Assembly (NCBI GenBank): GCA_964503625.1
Contig: CAZDAU010000004.1
Coordinates: forward strand, 39,964 to 103,963
From: an uncultured Anaerolinea sp.
Lineage (GTDB): Bacteria > Chloroflexota > Anaerolineae > Anaerolineales > UBA4823
Direction of reading: 5' to 3'
Length of the DNA stretch: 64,000 nucleotides
In this document: positions 1-9,548 of the stretch, piece after piece
Layout: the number at the start of each line of letters is the position of its first letter
Position numbering within the stretch: position 1 is the stretch's first letter
Made by a program: the position numbers and the translations under genes
The notes under the pieces: model-generated
Told to the model about the DNA's origin: nothing
The model's database searches: none
Seen by the model: only the letters and a program-made list of their open reading frames with translations

Positions 1-2
1 TT

Positions 3-266
3 GGCGGGACAAAAACGGTTGCCTATGGCGGCACTCCTGTGATCGTGCTGCGCACCGCTGAAAGCATCCGTGCGTATTCGATGATCTGCACCCACCTCGG
101 CTGTACGGTGCAGTGGCAGGAAGCGCCTAAAGAGTTTTATTGTCCCTGCCATGATGGGCGCTTTGACCAGTTTGGTGAGGTGCTCGCCGGCCCGCCGCCG
201 GTGCCTCTGGAGCAGATCCCTGTGAGCGTGCAAGGCGAGACAGTCACGGTTGGCGAGCCGGTTTGA
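3..266 (+). CDS. Rieske [2Fe-2S] protein (5' truncated by window edge)
   Basis: CTHLGC and CPCHDG Rieske boxes plus GPPP motif; frame is open back to position 3. Confidence 0.9.
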   Translation, partial: GGTKTVAYGGTPVIVLRTAESIRAYSMICTHLGCTVQWQEAPKEFYCPCHDGRFDQFGEVLAGPPPVPLEQIPVSVQGETVTVGEPV

Positions 267-295
267 GTCCGATTGCAAGAGACGACGAGGCGCGA

Positions 296-673
296 ATGAA
301 ACATTACACGGTATTGATCCTTTTCTCTGCCCTGATTTTGCTGGCTGTGCTGGCAACCCTGGCACACCCACAAGCGGCCAGGGCACTGCCGGAATATTCC
401 GCTCAGACCAGCGAGCCCTGTGCCAGTTGCCACCTCAGCCCATCGGGAGGCGGGCCGCGCGGGCTGCGCGGCCAGGCCTGGGTGGGCAGCGGTAAGCCCG
501 GTGCGGTGCCAGCCCTGGCCGATGCCCTGGAACTGCTTGGCATCCACCTGCAGGTGGACGAGCGTGAGTACCGGGCCAGCGGGGGGCCCATCCCGCCAGC
601 CCAACCCGTGCAGGTTGATCCGGCTCAGGCGCAGGACATGCACGATCATCTGAGCAGCTTCGATGGAAATTAG
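296..673 (+). CDS. Small secreted monoheme cytochrome c
   Basis: ATG at 296 gives signal peptide MKHYTVLILF...AARA; single CASCH heme-binding motif. Confidence 0.75.
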   Translation: MKHYTVLILFSALILLAVLATLAHPQAARALPEYSAQTSEPCASCHLSPSGGGPRGLRGQAWVGSGKPGAVPALADALELLGIHLQVDEREYRASGGPIPPAQPVQVDPAQAQDMHDHLSSFDGN

Positions 674-3062
674 CGCTATGGATGCCAACTACACCTCAAA
701 CACAAAGCCGAACCTGACCCGGCGTGAGTTCATCCGGGCCGGAGCAGCCGTCACTGCCTTGGGAGCAGCGGCGCTGACCCTGGGGCAAAAAATGAACACC
801 GCACCTGCGATGGTGGAGACGTTTGAGGAAGCCGTCGTCAAGACGACCTGCGCCTTGTGCCCATCCGGCTGCGGGTTGGATGTGCGAGTGGTCAATGGAA
901 ATGCGGTGAAAGTAGAGGGCAACGCCCTGCACCCGCTCAACCAGGGCGTGTGTTGCTTGCGCGGCCAGGCATCCTTGGAAGCATTGTACAGCCCAGAACG
1001 CCTGGCCCACCCCCGCCGACAAATGGGGAAGCGGGGCAGCGGCGATTGGCAGGAGATCAGCTGGGATGAGGCCCTGGCCCTGGCTGCAGAGAAGCTCGGG
1101 GTGCTGCGCCAAGAGCGCCAGGCGCATCGCCTGGCGCTGGTGCATGGTGAGCTGCGCGGCCAGATGCGCGCCTTTGTTGGCCGCTTTCTGGAGGCTTATG
1201 GTTCGCCCAACCTGATCAGCCGGGAAAGCCTGGCCAGCCAGGCCGCCCGCCAGGCTATGTTCCTCAGCCAGGGGATCAATGGCTTGCCAGTTTACGATCT
1301 TAACAACGCCAACTATGTGATGACCTTTGGCGGCAACCTGCTGGAGACCAGCCGCAATGTGATTGTTAACCTGGAGGCGATTGCGTTTATGCGCCGCGGC
1401 CGCCCGCAGCGCGGCAAGCTGGTGGCAGCGCACCCGCGCCTCTCACTAACCGGGATCAAGGCCGACGAGTGGGTGCCCATCCGGCCCGGGACTTACGCCG
1501 CCCTGGCTCTGGGCATGGCAAACGTGATCATCAACAGCCAGCTCTACGACAAGAGCTTCGTGCATGATTTCACCTTCGGCTTTGAGGATTTTAAGGACGC
1601 CGATGGCAAGACTCACCAGGGATTCAAGAGCCTGGTGCAAGAGCAGTACGACCTGGAGCGAGTGTCGTCTATCACGGGCGTGCCTACCGAGACTATTGCC
1701 AGGCTGGCGGGTGAGTTTGCCACCAACCGCCCGGCAGTGGCCATCCTGCCTAACGAGATCAGCGAGCTTTCCAGCGGCAACAGCCTGTACACCGCCCTGG
1801 CGGTGCATGCCTTGAACGCCCTGGTTGGCTCGATCGACGTTCCGGGTGGGGTCCTGGTGCAGCGCTTCCCGGAGGTGGCCGAATGGCCCGAGTTCCAGCC
1901 AGACGAGGCGGCACAGGCGAGCCTGAGCCAACCTCGGCTGGACGGCGCAGGGTCGTCAGAGCTGCCCCTGGCAATTTCAGCTTACCAAAACCTGGATGCG
2001 GCCATCCTTTCTGGGCAACCCTACCCGCTGGAGATCTTGATTCTGCTCAACGCTGACCCGCTATTCGATGCACCCAACCATGGACAGATGCTGGCCGCCC
2101 TTAACAAAATCCCCTTCATTATCAGCTTTGCGTCCACCCTGGATGAGAGCGCGGCGATGGCTGACCTGATCCTGCCCGCCAGCACTTTCATGGAACAGTG
2201 GGGCGATGACTATATGGAGGGCGTGGGCTACGCAGGGGTCTCTTTGCGGCGGCCAGTCGTCGAACCGGTGCTGGATAATCGCAACCCAGGAGATGTGCTG
2301 TTGGAGCTGGCAGCACGGCTGGGCAGCCCGATGGCCCAGGCATTGCCCTGGAAGGATTACCAGGAAGTGGTGGCCTACCGGCTGGCCGGAGCGCCGCTGG
2401 AATGGGAGAAACTGGACGCCAATGGTTTCTGGGCCGAAATGGTGCACTTCAACGCCGAGCCGGGCAGTCCTGCCTGGGGCCGGGTAGTTGGCCGAGACCG
2501 GCTGCGCGCGCCCAAAGACGGCCGCTTTGACCTGTTCTCGCGCGAACTCTTTGCTCTGTTCGGAGGGGATCAGGCCCAGGACCTGGCCTGCCTGCCACAC
2601 TTTGAACTGCCGGCATCGCTGGATGAAAGCGCTGCAATGGCTCCGGAATACCCCTATTTGCTGATCCCAGGATCGCTGATCACCGAGTCGCAGTCCTGGC
2701 AGGGTATCTTGCCAACCCTGCAAGAATCGCTGGGGTTGCAGGGCAATGTCAAGTGGTCTAGCTGGCTAGAGATCAATCCCAAGGCTGCTGAGGCGCTGCA
2801 CCTGAAAAATGGCGACCTTGCCTGGGTGGAATCGCCGCTTGGGAAAACCCAGGTGCCGGTGCGGGTCTATCCCGGCATCTGGCCAAACGCGGTGTTCATG
2901 CCATTGGGGCAGGGGCGCCACACGATGGTGCAATGGGGACCCAAATCCCCTGAGCAGATGGTGGTAGGCAGCAACCCCAGCCGCCTGGGCCAGATCTCCA
3001 GCGAGCCAATAAGCGGCCAGGCGGTGAGCAGCCCGATTCGGGTAAAGGTGTACCGGGCCTGA
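663..3062 (+). CDS. Molybdopterin oxidoreductase-family subunit, QrcB/ActB-like, Tat-exported
   Basis: TRREFI Tat motif; CALCPSGC...C N-terminal Fe-S motif; KVEGNALHPLNQG; C-terminal molydop-binding-like domain (LEINPKAAEAL). Confidence 0.88.
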   Translation: MEISAMDANYTSNTKPNLTRREFIRAGAAVTALGAAALTLGQKMNTAPAMVETFEEAVVKTTCALCPSGCGLDVRVVNGNAVKVEGNALHPLNQGVCCLRGQASLEALYSPERLAHPRRQMGKRGSGDWQEISWDEALALAAEKLGVLRQERQAHRLALVHGELRGQMRAFVGRFLEAYGSPNLISRESLASQAARQAMFLSQGINGLPVYDLNNANYVMTFGGNLLETSRNVIVNLEAIAFMRRGRPQRGKLVAAHPRLSLTGIKADEWVPIRPGTYAALALGMANVIINSQLYDKSFVHDFTFGFEDFKDADGKTHQGFKSLVQEQYDLERVSSITGVPTETIARLAGEFATNRPAVAILPNEISELSSGNSLYTALAVHALNALVGSIDVPGGVLVQRFPEVAEWPEFQPDEAAQASLSQPRLDGAGSSELPLAISAYQNLDAAILSGQPYPLEILILLNADPLFDAPNHGQMLAALNKIPFIISFASTLDESAAMADLILPASTFMEQWGDDYMEGVGYAGVSLRRPVVEPVLDNRNPGDVLLELAARLGSPMAQALPWKDYQEVVAYRLAGAPLEWEKLDANGFWAEMVHFNAEPGSPAWGRVVGRDRLRAPKDGRFDLFSRELFALFGGDQAQDLACLPHFELPASLDESAAMAPEYPYLLIPGSLITESQSWQGILPTLQESLGLQGNVKWSSWLEINPKAAEALHLKNGDLAWVESPLGKTQVPVRVYPGIWPNAVFMPLGQGRHTMVQWGPKSPEQMVVGSNPSRLGQISSEPISGQAVSSPIRVKVYRA

Positions 3063-3093
3063 TCGATGGCCGGCCAATCTTGAGGAGGTATGG

Positions 3094-3780
3094 ATGTCAC
3101 GCTGGGGTATGGTAATCGATCTGGACAAGTGCTTTGCCTGCCAGAGCTGCACGGCAGCTTGTCGCATGGAAAATAACACGCCCGTTGCTGGCCCAGACCA
3201 GACCGACATGGGCCGGGCCATCCTGTGGAATGAGGTGCTGCCATTTATTGAAGGGGAATACCCGCTGGTGCACGCCACAATGATCCCCCGGCCATGCATG
3301 CACTGTGATAACCCGCCCTGCACCAAGGTCTGCCCGGTTAAAGCAACGTATAAAAATGAAGAGGGCATTGTGGTGGTGGACTATGACCGCTGCATCGGCT
3401 GCCGCATGTGCACCGTGGCCTGCCCCTATGAGGTGCGCTACTTCAATTGGTACCCGCCCGAATGGCCGGAGGCGCTGAAGCAGCACCTTAATCCTGACCC
3501 GGAGACGGCGCCTCGGCCCAAGGGCGTGGTGGAAAAATGCACCTTCTGCATCCAGCGATTGCGCAAAGCGCGCGAGCGCGCCGCTGCCGAGGGGCGGACT
3601 TTCCAGGCCACCGATTATATGCCTGCCTGCGTGCAGACTTGCACCGGTCACGCCCGCTACTTCGGCGACCTGGATGATCCAAACAGCCTGGTCTCAAAAC
3701 TGGCTCACAGTCCGCGGGCTTTCCGACTATTGGAAGAGCTGGGCACCGAGCCCAAAGTGTACTATCTGAAACAGGGGTAA
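3094..3780 (+). CDS. 4x[4Fe-4S] electron-transfer subunit (QrcC/NrfC/DmsB-like)
   Basis: CFACQSC, CMHCDNPPC, CIGCRMC, KCTFC...PAC motifs; GAGGAGGT RBS. Confidence 0.92.
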   Translation: MSRWGMVIDLDKCFACQSCTAACRMENNTPVAGPDQTDMGRAILWNEVLPFIEGEYPLVHATMIPRPCMHCDNPPCTKVCPVKATYKNEEGIVVVDYDRCIGCRMCTVACPYEVRYFNWYPPEWPEALKQHLNPDPETAPRPKGVVEKCTFCIQRLRKARERAAAEGRTFQATDYMPACVQTCTGHARYFGDLDDPNSLVSKLAHSPRAFRLLEELGTEPKVYYLKQG

Positions 3781-3786
3781 GCGACT

Positions 3787-5109
3787 ATGCACCTGCATAA
3801 CCAACACGAAGATACGATCCTGGCGCCCATCCGCAAGCCTTCCATCGTTGACCGGCTGATCTGGCTGTTGCTGGGAGGCCTGTTTGCGGTGGGCCTGGCT
3901 GCCTGGATACGCCAGTATGTGCTTGGCCTGGGCGTGACCGGGCTGAACCGACCGGTCTACTGGGGTGTGTACATCACCAACTTCGTCTTCTTCATCGGCC
4001 TGGCCCACTCCGGCACCTTCATTTCGGCGATCCTGCGCATCGCCGGACAGGGCTGGCGCAAGCCGCTCACCCGGGCCGCCGAGGCCATAACCGTTTTCAG
4101 CCTGCCCTTTGGTGTGGCCTCCATCCTGGCAGACATGGGGCGCCCGGAACGGGTGTTCAATGTTATCTTCTTTGGACGCTACCAATCGCCCATCCTGTGG
4201 GACTTCACCGCTGTAGGGCTATATTTTCTGTCCAGCATTGTTTTCTTTTATCTCTCATTGATGCCCGATATTGCCCTGTGCCGAGACCGGTTAACCAACT
4301 TGCCCGGTTGGCAACAGCGCATGTACAAAATCATGGCTCTGGGCTGGCAGGGGCGACCGGAGCAATATCATCGCCTGGAGCGCGTATTGGACGGCATGGC
4401 AATCTTCATGACCATGCTGGTAGTCACCGTCCACACGGTGGTTTCCTGGATGTTTGGCATGACCCTGCAGCCCGGCTGGCACACGGCGCTGATCGGGCCT
4501 TTCTTCTTGCTTGGAGCGATCCTTTCCGGGACGGCGGCGGTGGTGATCGTGCTGGCAATCCTGCGTAAGATCTATCATTTCGAGCAAATCCTGCACCTGG
4601 GATTGTTCAATTCGATCCGCAAGCTGCTGATCACCTTCACCCTGGGTTGGATTTACATGATGATCGCTGAATACCTGACCACCGGCTATGGCAACATGAA
4701 AGAAGAAATGGCAGTTTTGCTTGACAAGTTCACCGGCACCTATGCCCAGATGTTCTGGGGCATGGTGATCCTGGTGTTCGTGCTGCCCCTGATCATTCTG
4801 GTCTTTAAGGGGAAGAATCACATCGGCTGGATGGTCACGGCAGGCGTGATGATTAACATCGGCATGTGGATCGAGCGCTACATCGTGATCATCCCCAGCG
4901 AGATCAGCCCGCGCCTGATGACCGAAATGGGTCGGGGGATCTATCTGCCCACCCTGACCGAGTGGCTGATCACCCTGTCTTTCTTCAGCGGGATGATCCT
5001 GCTGTACCTCCTCTTCACCCGCTACTTCCCGATTATCCCGATCTGGGAGACTGCGGAAGAAATGCCAGAAGCGCAAACCATTGAAGGCGAATTGGCAGTT
5101 GGAGATTAG
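3787..5109 (+). CDS. NrfD/PsrC-family membrane subunit (QrcD/ActC-like)
   Basis: About 10 hydrophobic segments; WGVYITNFVFFIGLAHSGTFISAIL and DMGRP NrfD motifs. Confidence 0.9.
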   Translation: MHLHNQHEDTILAPIRKPSIVDRLIWLLLGGLFAVGLAAWIRQYVLGLGVTGLNRPVYWGVYITNFVFFIGLAHSGTFISAILRIAGQGWRKPLTRAAEAITVFSLPFGVASILADMGRPERVFNVIFFGRYQSPILWDFTAVGLYFLSSIVFFYLSLMPDIALCRDRLTNLPGWQQRMYKIMALGWQGRPEQYHRLERVLDGMAIFMTMLVVTVHTVVSWMFGMTLQPGWHTALIGPFFLLGAILSGTAAVVIVLAILRKIYHFEQILHLGLFNSIRKLLITFTLGWIYMMIAEYLTTGYGNMKEEMAVLLDKFTGTYAQMFWGMVILVFVLPLIILVFKGKNHIGWMVTAGVMINIGMWIERYIVIIPSEISPRLMTEMGRGIYLPTLTEWLITLSFFSGMILLYLLFTRYFPIIPIWETAEEMPEAQTIEGELAVGD

Positions 5110-5111
5110 GA

Positions 5112-5285
5112 ATGATGGATATTTCAAGCCTGGCTTACGCCTTTATTAATACCCCCGGTGTGGGCGGTGTTGTGATCCTGCTGGTCTTTCTGACTGCGTG
5201 CAGCATCTATTATGCCCTGACACGGTGGATCATCGCCGGCGGCGACCATCCCACGGACAGGAGTAAACAAGAGCATGAAGGCTAG
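5112..5285 (+). CDS. Unannotated 57-aa single-TM protein
   Basis: Hand translation MMDISSLAYAFINTPGVGGVVILLVFLTACSIYYALTRWIIAGGDHPTDRSKQEHEG; GGAG 7 nt upstream; fills the gap between the NrfD stop and the next start. Confidence 0.65.
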   Translation: MMDISSLAYAFINTPGVGGVVILLVFLTACSIYYALTRWIIAGGDHPTDRSKQEHEG

Positions 5286-7239
5286 AGCAATTACCCCTCC
5301 CGCCATGGTTCTCCTGCCAGTGATTCTGATTACGGTGCTGGCGTTCAGCGCATTCTTAGCAAAGGCAGCGCCGACCGAGGCCCAGAAATCCTGGCAGCCA
5401 GGAGCCAATAATCCAACGCCCATCGCCAGCAATTACTGCCTGAGCTGCCACACCCCCGGCGACTCACGCCTGGATGACCCCACAGCCTGGCAGGGAGGGA
5501 TCGCCGCGGCCAGCAACTCGCCTTGCCCAGCAATGAAAACCATCCAGGAAGAGCTATATTACACGGAGCGCTTGCTCCTGGCAATTGACCGCTACCGGTC
5601 TGACCTGCCAGGCTATGTGGACGCCAGCAGCCTGGATGGCAGGCTGGCTGCCGGGCAGCAGGGCTACCTGCGGCTGCTGGACGCGCCGGTGACCAGCCTG
5701 GACGCCTTCACCGCAGAGGCGCAATCGGTGCGCTACAAGCTTGGAAAAGTGTACAGCGGAATTCAGGCGCTGGACGAGGCGGCCAAGCGGAGGCGTGCCT
5801 TGGTGGCGGGGATCGTGGTCAGTTTGGTCCTGCTTGGCTCGTTGGTTTGGGGGTTATACAACACCCGCCACGTGCGGAAAGCGCAGCCTGTCCGCAGCCG
5901 CACGGCCATCTTGGGCGTGGCTGTTTTCTTAATCCTCGTTTTTGTTTTCTTTGCCCTGCCCTTGCTGCGCGTGCCCGCTGAAGAAGTGGTCACCGATGCC
6001 GAAGCTCAGGCGCTACAGACCACCCTGGATACCGCCCAGCGGGCGGCGACGGCCGGCGACCGATCACAGGCGCGCGCCTGGATCCTGGGCAAGGTAGCTG
6101 CAATGTGGGCGCCAATCGACCCGGACAGGGCTGAGGCAATTCTGGCGGAGGCGCAGGCGGCCTCCAAACAACAGCGCGCGAATGCCCTGGCCCTGTGGGG
6201 CGAGGCGGCTTCCGCCCAGGAAGCAGCCACTGGCGACCTGGCAAAGCTGGAGACTGCCGGGCTGATTTCCAATGAGCTCAATGCAACCCGCGCTCGAACC
6301 TGGGATCTGCGCCTGATCGCCCAGGAATGGCAGCCGATTGACCCCGGGCGGGCAGACCAGATCCTGGAAGGCGCCCTGGAAGCCTCCGCACAGGCACAGG
6401 GCATCTACCGCGATCTGGACCGGCGCGGGATTGCCGCAGCGTTTGCTGGATCGGATCTGCAGCGCGCTCTGGAGATTGCCGGGCAGATTCAGGATCCAGA
6501 GCTGCGCGCCTGGGCCTTGCGGGAGATTCGCGGGGATAGCGCCGAGCCGCAGGCGACCGCAGGCGATCCAGCTGCCCCAGAAGCCCAAACCCTGGCCCTG
6601 CTGCGCAGCGGCCTTGCAGGTGACCGGACCATCTGGCCAGCAGCCTGGGAGGCCAGCCTGGCGATCCCAGACGTTTTTGAGCGCGGGCGCGCCCAGGTGG
6701 AAATTGCCCGCGGCTGGGCAGAGAGCGAGCCAGACCAGGCTCTGATGGTTGCTCAACAAATTGAAATTCCACTGCTGCGTGATCGCGCCCTGCGTTTTGT
6801 CATCCTGAAAACGGGAGATGCGTCACTGTTCAGTCAGATCGAAAACCCCTATGATCAAGTGATGGCGCTTACCGCCCTGGGCCGCTACAGCGAAGCAGAA
6901 GCGCTTGTTGGCGACCTGAAAGAGACCTACCCGGTGGTGAAGCTGGTCCAGGCGCTGGCAAAGGTGGACCTGCAGAAAGCCCTGACCCTGGTGGACGGCC
7001 TGCAGCGTGAGGCAGATAAGGCAGAGGCATTGCGGACCCTGGCCGTGCTCAGCCGAGACCCGGCGCTTTTCGAGCGGGCCCTGGGCATGGCGCTGGCAGC
7101 CCGGGTGCGCAACGACCCGCTGGCCCCAGTCCAGGCTTCGCTGGACCTGGCGGATGCTTTTCTGATGATCGATCCTGCCCTGGCCCAACAGGCCCTGGCG
7201 CAGGCCTATGAGATTGCGCAACGGATATCGGTTAAATAA
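5275..7239 (+). CDS. Membrane-anchored monoheme cytochrome c with long Ala-rich helical-repeat domain
   Basis: N-terminal signal/anchor; CLSCH; two internal TM helices; C-terminal ~400 aa of helical repeat-like sequence. Confidence 0.7.
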   Translation: MKARAITPPAMVLLPVILITVLAFSAFLAKAAPTEAQKSWQPGANNPTPIASNYCLSCHTPGDSRLDDPTAWQGGIAAASNSPCPAMKTIQEELYYTERLLLAIDRYRSDLPGYVDASSLDGRLAAGQQGYLRLLDAPVTSLDAFTAEAQSVRYKLGKVYSGIQALDEAAKRRRALVAGIVVSLVLLGSLVWGLYNTRHVRKAQPVRSRTAILGVAVFLILVFVFFALPLLRVPAEEVVTDAEAQALQTTLDTAQRAATAGDRSQARAWILGKVAAMWAPIDPDRAEAILAEAQAASKQQRANALALWGEAASAQEAATGDLAKLETAGLISNELNATRARTWDLRLIAQEWQPIDPGRADQILEGALEASAQAQGIYRDLDRRGIAAAFAGSDLQRALEIAGQIQDPELRAWALREIRGDSAEPQATAGDPAAPEAQTLALLRSGLAGDRTIWPAAWEASLAIPDVFERGRAQVEIARGWAESEPDQALMVAQQIEIPLLRDRALRFVILKTGDASLFSQIENPYDQVMALTALGRYSEAEALVGDLKETYPVVKLVQALAKVDLQKALTLVDGLQREADKAEALRTLAVLSRDPALFERALGMALAARVRNDPLAPVQASLDLADAFLMIDPALAQQALAQAYEIAQRISVK

Positions 7240-7289
7240 AACCCAAAGGTCTCCTACGACCTTCAGGGACAGAAATATGAGGAGCCATC

Positions 7290-7931
7290 ATGGATCTTGT
7301 CAACATCACCCGCATCATCGCTTGGATCGGCCTGGCCCTCGGATGGCTCGGCATCCTGCTGCGCCTGGGCGAGATCATGCGGCGCCCTTTGAACAAAGAT
7401 TACTCTCCGCGGCGCGGCTCTGACCGCCGCGGCGTCCTTTACGCCTTCACCCTGGGCATGGCGCCCTGGGAAAAGGAGAGCACCCGCAAGCACTGGGTGG
7501 CTTACTTGCGGGGCATTTTCTTTCATGTGGGCGTGTTCACCGCTTTCGGCGTTTTTTTGGCCAGCCCGTGGCTGGAGGCGCTGCCGCCCTTTGTCACCTG
7601 GACCGCCCTGGCGCTGACCGCTGCCGGAGCCCTGTTTGGCTTCGCCGGAATCGGCATGCGCTGGATGGGCGAAAACGAGCGGGCGCTCAGCCTGCCAGAT
7701 GATTATTTTTCAGTCTTTTTGAGCTCACTTTTTACGGCCCTGGCCTGCGGCGTACTGTTTTGGCCTGGGCTGCTGGCGGTTTTCTACCTGGCAACGGCGC
7801 TCCTGTGCGTCTATATCCCCTTCGGTAAAATCCGGCATTGTGTGTATTTCTTCTATTCGAAGTTCTTCTTTGGCAAGAACTTCGGCCACCGAGGCGTGCT
7901 TGGCCCAGACAACCAGAAGGCGTTGGAGTGA
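7290..7931 (+). CDS. NarI/HmcE/DsrM-like membrane cytochrome b subunit
   Basis: FFHVG, SLPDDY and YIPFGKIRH motifs; about 5 TM segments; adjacent to a CCG-domain protein. Confidence 0.75.
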   Translation: MDLVNITRIIAWIGLALGWLGILLRLGEIMRRPLNKDYSPRRGSDRRGVLYAFTLGMAPWEKESTRKHWVAYLRGIFFHVGVFTAFGVFLASPWLEALPPFVTWTALALTAAGALFGFAGIGMRWMGENERALSLPDDYFSVFLSSLFTALACGVLFWPGLLAVFYLATALLCVYIPFGKIRHCVYFFYSKFFFGKNFGHRGVLGPDNQKALE

Positions 7932-7937
7932 ATCGAT

Positions 7938-9293
7938 ATGGCAGATGAGAAACCTACGGATGGTAAATTTGCCGCTGAACGCTATCAGCTTACCGATGAA
8001 AAAGCCAGGCTGGCGTTGGATGTGCTGCGCCAGCGGCTGAACCGCCAACTGGAAGCCTCGCTGGAGGTTTGCGTGCGATGCGGCCTGTGCGCCGACTCCT
8101 GCCATTATTATGTGGCTAACCCCAGGCCAGAATACGTGCCTGCTTACCGCGCCGAACAACTGCGGAAAATTTACCGCAAGCTGAGTGATCCGCTGAGCAA
8201 GGTTTCCCCTGGGTGGACTGGAGCCGCCGAGCTGGACCAGGAGATGGTGGAAAAATTGATCTACACCGCCTTTGGCTCATGCACCATGTGCGGGCGCTGC
8301 GTCATCAATTGCCCGGTGGGTGTGGATACCCGGCACATTGTGCGCACCGCCCGGGCAATGCTGACCGCCATCGACATGACACCGGAGGGATTGAGAGCCA
8401 CCGTCAACGTCCATCTGGAAAGCGGCAATAATATGGGCGTTGGCGAGGAAGATTACATTGAAACGGTCAAGTGGATGGAGGAAGAGCTGCAAGCTGAGCT
8501 GGATGATCCCGGATTGACCATCCCCTTCAACAAAAAGCGCGCCCACGTGGTGTACACTTTCAACCCACGGGAGGTGAAATACTTCCCCTACCTGATCCAG
8601 GCGGCGGCAAAAATCTTCACGGCTGCCGGCGAGGACTGGACATTGAGCACCGAGAACTGGGACGCCACCAACTATGGCTTGTTCTCTGGCGACGATGCCG
8701 CCGCGCGGACCATCGCTGGGAACCTGGAGAAAGCGGTGAACAACCTGGGCGCGGATGTTTTGGTGATGGCGGAGTGTGGGCATGGCTACCGCTCGCAGCG
8801 CTGGGAGGCTGAAAACTGGCTCGGCCGCAGCTATCCCTTTAAGGTCACCAGTTTTGTCGAGATGCAGGCTGAATACATCCGCCAGGGACGTTTAAAGCTT
8901 GACCCCATAGTCAATGCCAAGCGGGTGACCTACCACGACCCCTGCAACCAGGCCCGCCAAGGAGGTGTTATCCACGAGCCGCGCTATATCCTGCGCCACG
9001 TAGCTATTGATTTTGTCGAAATGGAGCCGCACGGGGTGGATAACTTCTGCTGCGGCGGTGGTGGCGGGATGCTCTCGATGAGCGAATTTGCGAAAGACCG
9101 CATTGCTGCTGGCAAGGTGAAAGCAGATCAGATCCAGGCCACCGGCGCAGAGATCGTGGCCACCTCGTGCCATAATTGCCTGGACCAGCTTGACGAAATC
9201 CGCCGGCATTATAAACTAAAGGTGAAGGTCCAGAACCTGAGCGAGCTCACCGCTGCTGCGATCGTCTGGACGAAAACCCAGGACAGAAAATAA
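7938..9293 (+). CDS. Heterodisulfide reductase-like Fe-S protein (HmcF/DsrK/TmcB-like)
   Basis: CVRCGLCADSC and CTMCGRCVINCP; CCG domain CX34CCGX37CX2C (YHDPC...FCCGGGGG...SCHNC). Confidence 0.88.
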   Translation: MADEKPTDGKFAAERYQLTDEKARLALDVLRQRLNRQLEASLEVCVRCGLCADSCHYYVANPRPEYVPAYRAEQLRKIYRKLSDPLSKVSPGWTGAAELDQEMVEKLIYTAFGSCTMCGRCVINCPVGVDTRHIVRTARAMLTAIDMTPEGLRATVNVHLESGNNMGVGEEDYIETVKWMEEELQAELDDPGLTIPFNKKRAHVVYTFNPREVKYFPYLIQAAAKIFTAAGEDWTLSTENWDATNYGLFSGDDAAARTIAGNLEKAVNNLGADVLVMAECGHGYRSQRWEAENWLGRSYPFKVTSFVEMQAEYIRQGRLKLDPIVNAKRVTYHDPCNQARQGGVIHEPRYILRHVAIDFVEMEPHGVDNFCCGGGGGMLSMSEFAKDRIAAGKVKADQIQATGAEIVATSCHNCLDQLDEIRRHYKLKVKVQNLSELTAAAIVWTKTQDRK

Positions 9294-9313
9294 CCCCAGC
9301 GTGGAGGAACTTC

Positions 9314-9514
9314 ATGTACATTATTACCATTGACATCGATAAGTGCCAGGCTTGCGGCGACTGTGTGGATAATTGCCCAAACTTGCTCTTCAGCATCACC
9401 GAAGAAGATGGCCGGAAGTACGCCATGGTCAGCGGAGACCCCGACGAATGCATCGGCTGCCTGTCGTGCGAGGCTTCCTGCAGCGAAGGGGCCATCACCG
9501 TCACTGAGCTCTAA
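9314..9514 (+). CDS. 2x[4Fe-4S] ferredoxin
   Basis: CQACGDCVDNCP and CIGCLSCEASC; GGAGG RBS. Confidence 0.92.
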   Translation: MYIITIDIDKCQACGDCVDNCPNLLFSITEEDGRKYAMVSGDPDECIGCLSCEASCSEGAITVTEL

Positions 9515-9548
9515 GCCACTGAGCCTGAGTTAACCAGCGGACGACCCG

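Noticed and set aside
663-3062. Selenocysteine or stop read-through in the molybdopterin-family gene; assignment as PsrA/TtrA/FdhA
   Set aside because: No in-frame TGA, and the ligand position is Ala, so no catalytic gene symbol was given
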